Virus record (IMG/VR): IMGVR_UViG_3300022912_000005
Coordinates: 1 to 64,000 of that record
From: a virus
Taxonomy: Duplodnaviria > Caudoviricetes
Length of the DNA stretch: 64,000 bases
Direction: 5' to 3' (one strand)
Numbering within the stretch: the first letter of the stretch is position 1; the number at the start of each line of letters is the position of its first letter. Both the position numbers and the translations under genes were made by a program. This document shows, piece by piece, positions 60,021 through 64,000 of this stretch. Below the pieces are notes generated by a model. It made no database searches. It worked only from the letters and a program-made list of their open reading frames with translations, and was not told the origin of the DNA.

Positions 60021-60767
60021 ATGAATTATAATGATATTATTCCCGTAAATGAAGTGTATCCATGTATACAAGGTGAGGGTAGATTAATTGGTGTTCCTCA
60101 TCTTTTAATCAGAACTACTGGATGTAGATTGAAATGTCAATTCTCTGGAGGATCATTTTGTGATACACCATATAGTAGTTGGAATCCTGAAAAGGGTAAA
60201 TTCTCATTAAATAATATAGTTGATATATATAAGGAATTTCCTAATATACGTCATACTATGATAACTGGTGGAGCTCCAACTTTACATTCAAAGTTATTAC
60301 AAGAATTATGTACAATTGGAAAAGAATTTGGGCACTATATTACAATTGAAACAGAGGGTAGTGAATATGTATATACTAAAGCTGATTTGATATCATTATC
60401 ACCAAAACTATCAAATTCAATTCCAATACCTGGATCAAAAATGGGACAACAAACTGTGACAGATAATGATAGACGGCAACACGTTAAATGGTATAGAAAT
60501 ATAGAAGCTATGAAGGATTTAATAAAACACCATCATGATTATCAAATTAAACCAGTAATTTCACAACAATCAGATTTGAATGAGGTTGAAGAATTATTGA
60601 AAGAATTAGATGTAGCAAAATGTAAAGTATATCTAATGCCAGAAGGATTGACTAAAGATCAATTGGAGAGTAGAAGAAAGTGGTTAATACAATTGTGTAT
60701 TGATCGTGGTTATAATTTCACTGATAGGCTACATATAATAGCTTATGGTGATAAACGAGGAGTTTAA
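60021..60767 (+). CDS. queE: 7-carboxy-7-deazaguanine synthase (radical SAM)
   Basis: IQGEG, GCRLKC...FCDT, ITGG, IETEG, SPKL and RLH motifs. Confidence 0.92.
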   Translation: MNYNDIIPVNEVYPCIQGEGRLIGVPHLLIRTTGCRLKCQFSGGSFCDTPYSSWNPEKGKFSLNNIVDIYKEFPNIRHTMITGGAPTLHSKLLQELCTIGKEFGHYITIETEGSEYVYTKADLISLSPKLSNSIPIPGSKMGQQTVTDNDRRQHVKWYRNIEAMKDLIKHHHDYQIKPVISQQSDLNEVEELLKELDVAKCKVYLMPEGLTKDQLESRRKWLIQLCIDRGYNFTDRLHIIAYGDKRGV

Positions 60768-60768
60768 T

Positions 60769-61383
60769 ATGGGAACAAAGAAACCATCAAGTAATAAATT
60801 ATTTAATAAACAATTTTCAAAGGGTAAAGTAGGTGAAGAATATTTTGAACATGTAATAGCTAAAGATTATTTTGATGAATTATACATGTATAATGATTTT
60901 AATAATCCTGTTGACAGGCGATATCAGATTGATGGCATAGATGGGTATATAAAGGATAATAAGTGGGATAACAAATATTTTATAGAGATTAAAAGTAATT
61001 TGACATATAATCCAATACTTAAAGATTTTTCAGCTTGTTTAGAATTTAATAAGTGGGATATAAGTGAACAACAACATCATGGAAATGATGAGGAAGAGGG
61101 ATATATTCAGGATTCAAAGGCACATCGAATTTATCATCTGGAAGTGATAAATACGAAAAATACAAAATCAGGATTTGTGGGCACTGGAAATTGGGTATAT
61201 TATGATTTACCAACGATGAGAAATTTTATACACCGTGAATGGAATAAACCAAAGGCAACAAATTGGATACGTGCCCTATCGTTTGTTGGAGGATATAATT
61301 CTAATTATGCAAGATTAATTTCAATGTCAGTAAAGGATTCTAGGTTCCCACTTCACAATAAGCGGTCTATAACATACAGATGA
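60769..61383 (+). CDS. Putative PD-(D/E)XK nuclease
   Basis: GKVGEEYF...YQIDGIDG...FIEIKS. Confidence 0.55.
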   Translation: MGTKKPSSNKLFNKQFSKGKVGEEYFEHVIAKDYFDELYMYNDFNNPVDRRYQIDGIDGYIKDNKWDNKYFIEIKSNLTYNPILKDFSACLEFNKWDISEQQHHGNDEEEGYIQDSKAHRIYHLEVINTKNTKSGFVGTGNWVYYDLPTMRNFIHREWNKPKATNWIRALSFVGGYNSNYARLISMSVKDSRFPLHNKRSITYR

Positions 61384-62006
61384 TAAAAAAAATAAAAAGT
61401 AATGAAAATATAATTAGATCAACATCAGATCGAGATGAGATGTTGTTGGATGCTACTAAATATTATGGTAAGTTTCTTGATAGTTTGGGATTCGATTGGA
61501 AACATGACCCTAATATGATGGATACTCCAAATCGTGTAGCTAAAATGTTCATTGATGAATTGTATGCTGGAAGTTTTAATGCACCACCAAATATAACAGC
61601 ATTTGATAATGTAGATGGATATGATGGTATGGTGTTTCAAGGAAATATTAAGATGCAATCTACTTGTAGTCATCATGCAGTTCCGTTTGTTGGAGTTGCC
61701 CATATAGCATATATCCCATCAGCTGATGGTAAAATAATAGGTTTGAGTAAATTAAATAGGATTGTTGAATATTATGCAAGAAGACCACAAGTTCAAGAAA
61801 ACTTAACTATGCAAATACATTCACATGTTGATCAAATGTGTGAGGGAAATATAGGAGTAGCTGTTATGATAGAAGCAAATCATATGTGTGTGCAAGTGCG
61901 TGGGGTGGAACATGATTCTATAATGAAGACTACTAAATTATCAAAAAGATTCTTAACAGAAGATAAAGTATTAAATGAACTTTATCAATTTATAAATGGA
62001 CAATAA
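61380..62006 (+). CDS. folE: GTP cyclohydrolase I
   Basis: [34 protein letters not shown] and HMCVQVRGV motifs. Confidence 0.96.
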   Translation: MIKKIKSNENIIRSTSDRDEMLLDATKYYGKFLDSLGFDWKHDPNMMDTPNRVAKMFIDELYAGSFNAPPNITAFDNVDGYDGMVFQGNIKMQSTCSHHAVPFVGVAHIAYIPSADGKIIGLSKLNRIVEYYARRPQVQENLTMQIHSHVDQMCEGNIGVAVMIEANHMCVQVRGVEHDSIMKTTKLSKRFLTEDKVLNELYQFINGQ

Positions 62007-62009
62007 TAA

Positions 62010-62672
62010 ATGAGTAAAATTAAGAAAGTAATTATATATTCTGGTGGATTAGATTCATATACGATGTTGATGGATTTATTGTATAAAAACAAATCTATAT
62101 CAGCCATATCATTTGATTATGGACAGCGACATGATAAAGAACTTGAGTTTGCTAAACGAGTGTGTAGTAAACATGATATTGAGCATATAGTTGTTGACAT
62201 AAATTCAATAAATAAACTAATGCAAGGATCATCATTAACATCTGATATTGATATACCAGAAGGACATTATGAAGATGAAAACATGAAATCGACAGTTGTA
62301 CCAAATAGAAACATGATCTTCATATCGCTTGCAACAGCCTATGCTGTGTCAATAGGGGCGAATGAAGTGTGGACTGGTGTACATGCTGGAGATCATGCGA
62401 TATACCCTGATTGTCGGGGTGAATTTATTGATAAAATAAATGAAGTTACTAAAATTTCAAATTATGAATCTGTTGAAGTAAAAGCTCCATTTATTGAAAT
62501 GTCTAAAATAGGTATAGTAGATATTGGTAAACGATTGGGAATTGATTATTCTGATGCATGGACCTGTTATAAGGGTAATGAATTTGCATGTGGAAAGTGT
62601 GGATCATGTCAGGAAAGACTTGAAGCATTTGATCAAAATGACATTAAGGATCCGATGAGATATGAAACATAA
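62010..62672 (+). CDS. queC: 7-cyano-7-deazaguanine (preQ0) synthase
   Basis: [23 protein letters not shown] and TCY...CGKCGSC motifs. Confidence 0.96.
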   Translation: MSKIKKVIIYSGGLDSYTMLMDLLYKNKSISAISFDYGQRHDKELEFAKRVCSKHDIEHIVVDINSINKLMQGSSLTSDIDIPEGHYEDENMKSTVVPNRNMIFISLATAYAVSIGANEVWTGVHAGDHAIYPDCRGEFIDKINEVTKISNYESVEVKAPFIEMSKIGIVDIGKRLGIDYSDAWTCYKGNEFACGKCGSCQERLEAFDQNDIKDPMRYET

Positions 62673-63348
62673 TTCTGGTGATGAAAAGTTAATACCAATG
62701 TTAGAATGGGGAGTACCAGCTGATATTCAAGGAAGTGATGAAATTGTTTTAAATTCACCAATAATGATCAAGGCACAAGAAAAGATTATTGAATTATTTA
62801 AACCAAAAAGTAATACTGCATTTGTTTCATTATGTACTTCAACTAGACCATATTCATCAGGAAGAAAATGGAACAAATTCATAAAAGAATTTAATGATGT
62901 TGATTTTATAATATCATCAAATGGTGGTGTAATTCCCATTGAATATGAAAATTCATATCCATATTTGACTTATGATGCACATGGTACGATAGAATATGAT
63001 GAGGTATATAAATTATATACGACAAGAAATTTAATAAGATTTTTTATACTTAAAAAATATGAGAATATAGTATTTAATTTCAGACCTAATTTAAGAAATA
63101 GTAAATCTGCAAAAATTGCTGGGGATTATCTTTTTGAAAAAGGACATATAAAAAGTTATTGCATTATACCAAATATTGATTTGTATAATGAGGCACAGAA
63201 TGATGGATTTACAAAACTTGGATTGTCAATGTATCCAGATTTACATCCAATAATATTGACAAAATTAAAAGAATCAGTGATTAAATATACAAAAAATACA
63301 ACGATAAAAAAAGAAAAGGATGAAAATGATATTAATTTATTTTGGTGA
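62662..63348 (+). CDS. DUF5591-like protein (related to a domain of archaeosine synthase ArcS)
   Basis: [15 protein letters not shown] and [14 protein letters not shown] resemble the ArcS PC...KPY..S and G.VP.E.E..YP...YD motifs. Confidence 0.55.
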   Translation: MKHNSGDEKLIPMLEWGVPADIQGSDEIVLNSPIMIKAQEKIIELFKPKSNTAFVSLCTSTRPYSSGRKWNKFIKEFNDVDFIISSNGGVIPIEYENSYPYLTYDAHGTIEYDEVYKLYTTRNLIRFFILKKYENIVFNFRPNLRNSKSAKIAGDYLFEKGHIKSYCIIPNIDLYNEAQNDGFTKLGLSMYPDLHPIILTKLKESVIKYTKNTTIKKEKDENDINLFW

Positions 63349-63383
63349 ACTATCAATCAAAACTCACACTGGAGGAAGATATA

Positions 63384-64000
63384 ATGAGTAACTTTATTTA
63401 TATACCATCATTCTTTTCTGGTGAATATGGTGGGACTATGAAAAAGAATTTTAGATTTTCTAAATCTAATATGACATGTAGATATTATGCTGATGATTTT
63501 CCAGAAAAATATCAACATAAATATGCTTTGATTAGTGCAGGTGCAAATTCATCAAAAACATATAGACACGACTTGGGATTAGACAATTCATTTGTGTTGG
63601 GTGATTCTGGTGGTTATCAAATAGCGTCTGGTGCAATGAAGTGGGATATTAAACATAGAGATAGAATTTTTAACTGGTTAGAAACTAACTCAGATGTTGC
63701 TATTAATTTGGACATTCCACCACGAATGAAATATGCTGGTAAATTTAATGAATGTTTGGATATTAGTAAAGATAATTTTAAATATTTTTATGAAAATCAA
63801 ACTGGAAATACTAAATTTTTAAATGTATTGCAAGGTGAAAATGAACTATCTTATTTAAATTGGTATAATGGTGTGAAAGATTTCCAGTTTAATGGATGGA
63901 GTATTGGAGGAGTTCGGGGTAATTTATATAGAATGTTATCAGGCATATATACTTTAATTAACAATAAAGAACATTTGAATCTTAATAATGATTATTTTCA
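63384..64000 (+). CDS. dpdA: DpdA / TGT-like DNA transglycosylase, 3' truncated by window edge
   Basis: Not in the ORF track; hand translation gives FVLGDSGGYQIASG, NLDIPP, FLNVLQG and GWSIGG; GGAGG RBS; follows the que genes. Confidence 0.8.
   Translation, partial: MSNFIYIPSFFSGEYGGTMKKNFRFSKSNMTCRYYADDFPEKYQHKYALISAGANSSKTYRHDLGLDNSFVLGDSGGYQIASGAMKWDIKHRDRIFNWLETNSDVAINLDIPPRMKYAGKFNECLDISKDNFKYFYENQTGNTKFLNVLQGENELSYLNWYNGVKDFQFNGWSIGGVRGNLYRMLSGIYTLINNKEHLNLNNDYF

Noticed and set aside
1-64000. Stop-codon reassignment (alternative genetic code)
   Set aside because: Core genes are full length in the standard code, and TAA, TAG and TGA all end genes at sensible positions
1-64000. tRNA or rRNA genes
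   Set aside because: Intergenic gaps are short and AT-rich; no cloverleaf or T-loop signature recognised by eye (tRNAscan not run)

Overview
AT-rich segment of a large T4-like (myovirus) phage genome with every credible gene on the + strand. Gene order: the 3' part of a long repeat-rich tail fibre gene; candidate lysis membrane proteins; a terminase large subunit fractured by a naturally split intein with a free-standing endonuclease between the halves; a portal carrying an intein; prohead protease, scaffold, major capsid, neck, sheath, tube, tape measure and baseplate genes; a replication module (PolA-like, gp32, UvsX, RNase H, helicase, class II RNR, dUTPase, PolB); and a 7-deazaguanine DNA-modification cluster (queD, queE, folE, queC, a DUF5591-like gene and a partial dpdA). 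The most striking feature is a family of about 20 small genes scattered through the head, neck and tail region. They share a near-identical ~21-aa N-terminal leader (MKLTESKLRKIIKEEIQKLNE, also a ~63-bp DNA repeat) fused to unrelated cargo domains. I infer a modular capsid-targeting, protease-cleaved leader system that loads a variable set of proteins into the virion. Also noted: a phage bS21 gene, a 191-bp duplicated gene 3' end flanking a GIY-YIG remnant and one leader cassette, a candidate tail-chaperone frameshift, and a recurrent TATATTTAT promoter-like motif. All family assignments come from motif recognition by eye; no database searches were run.
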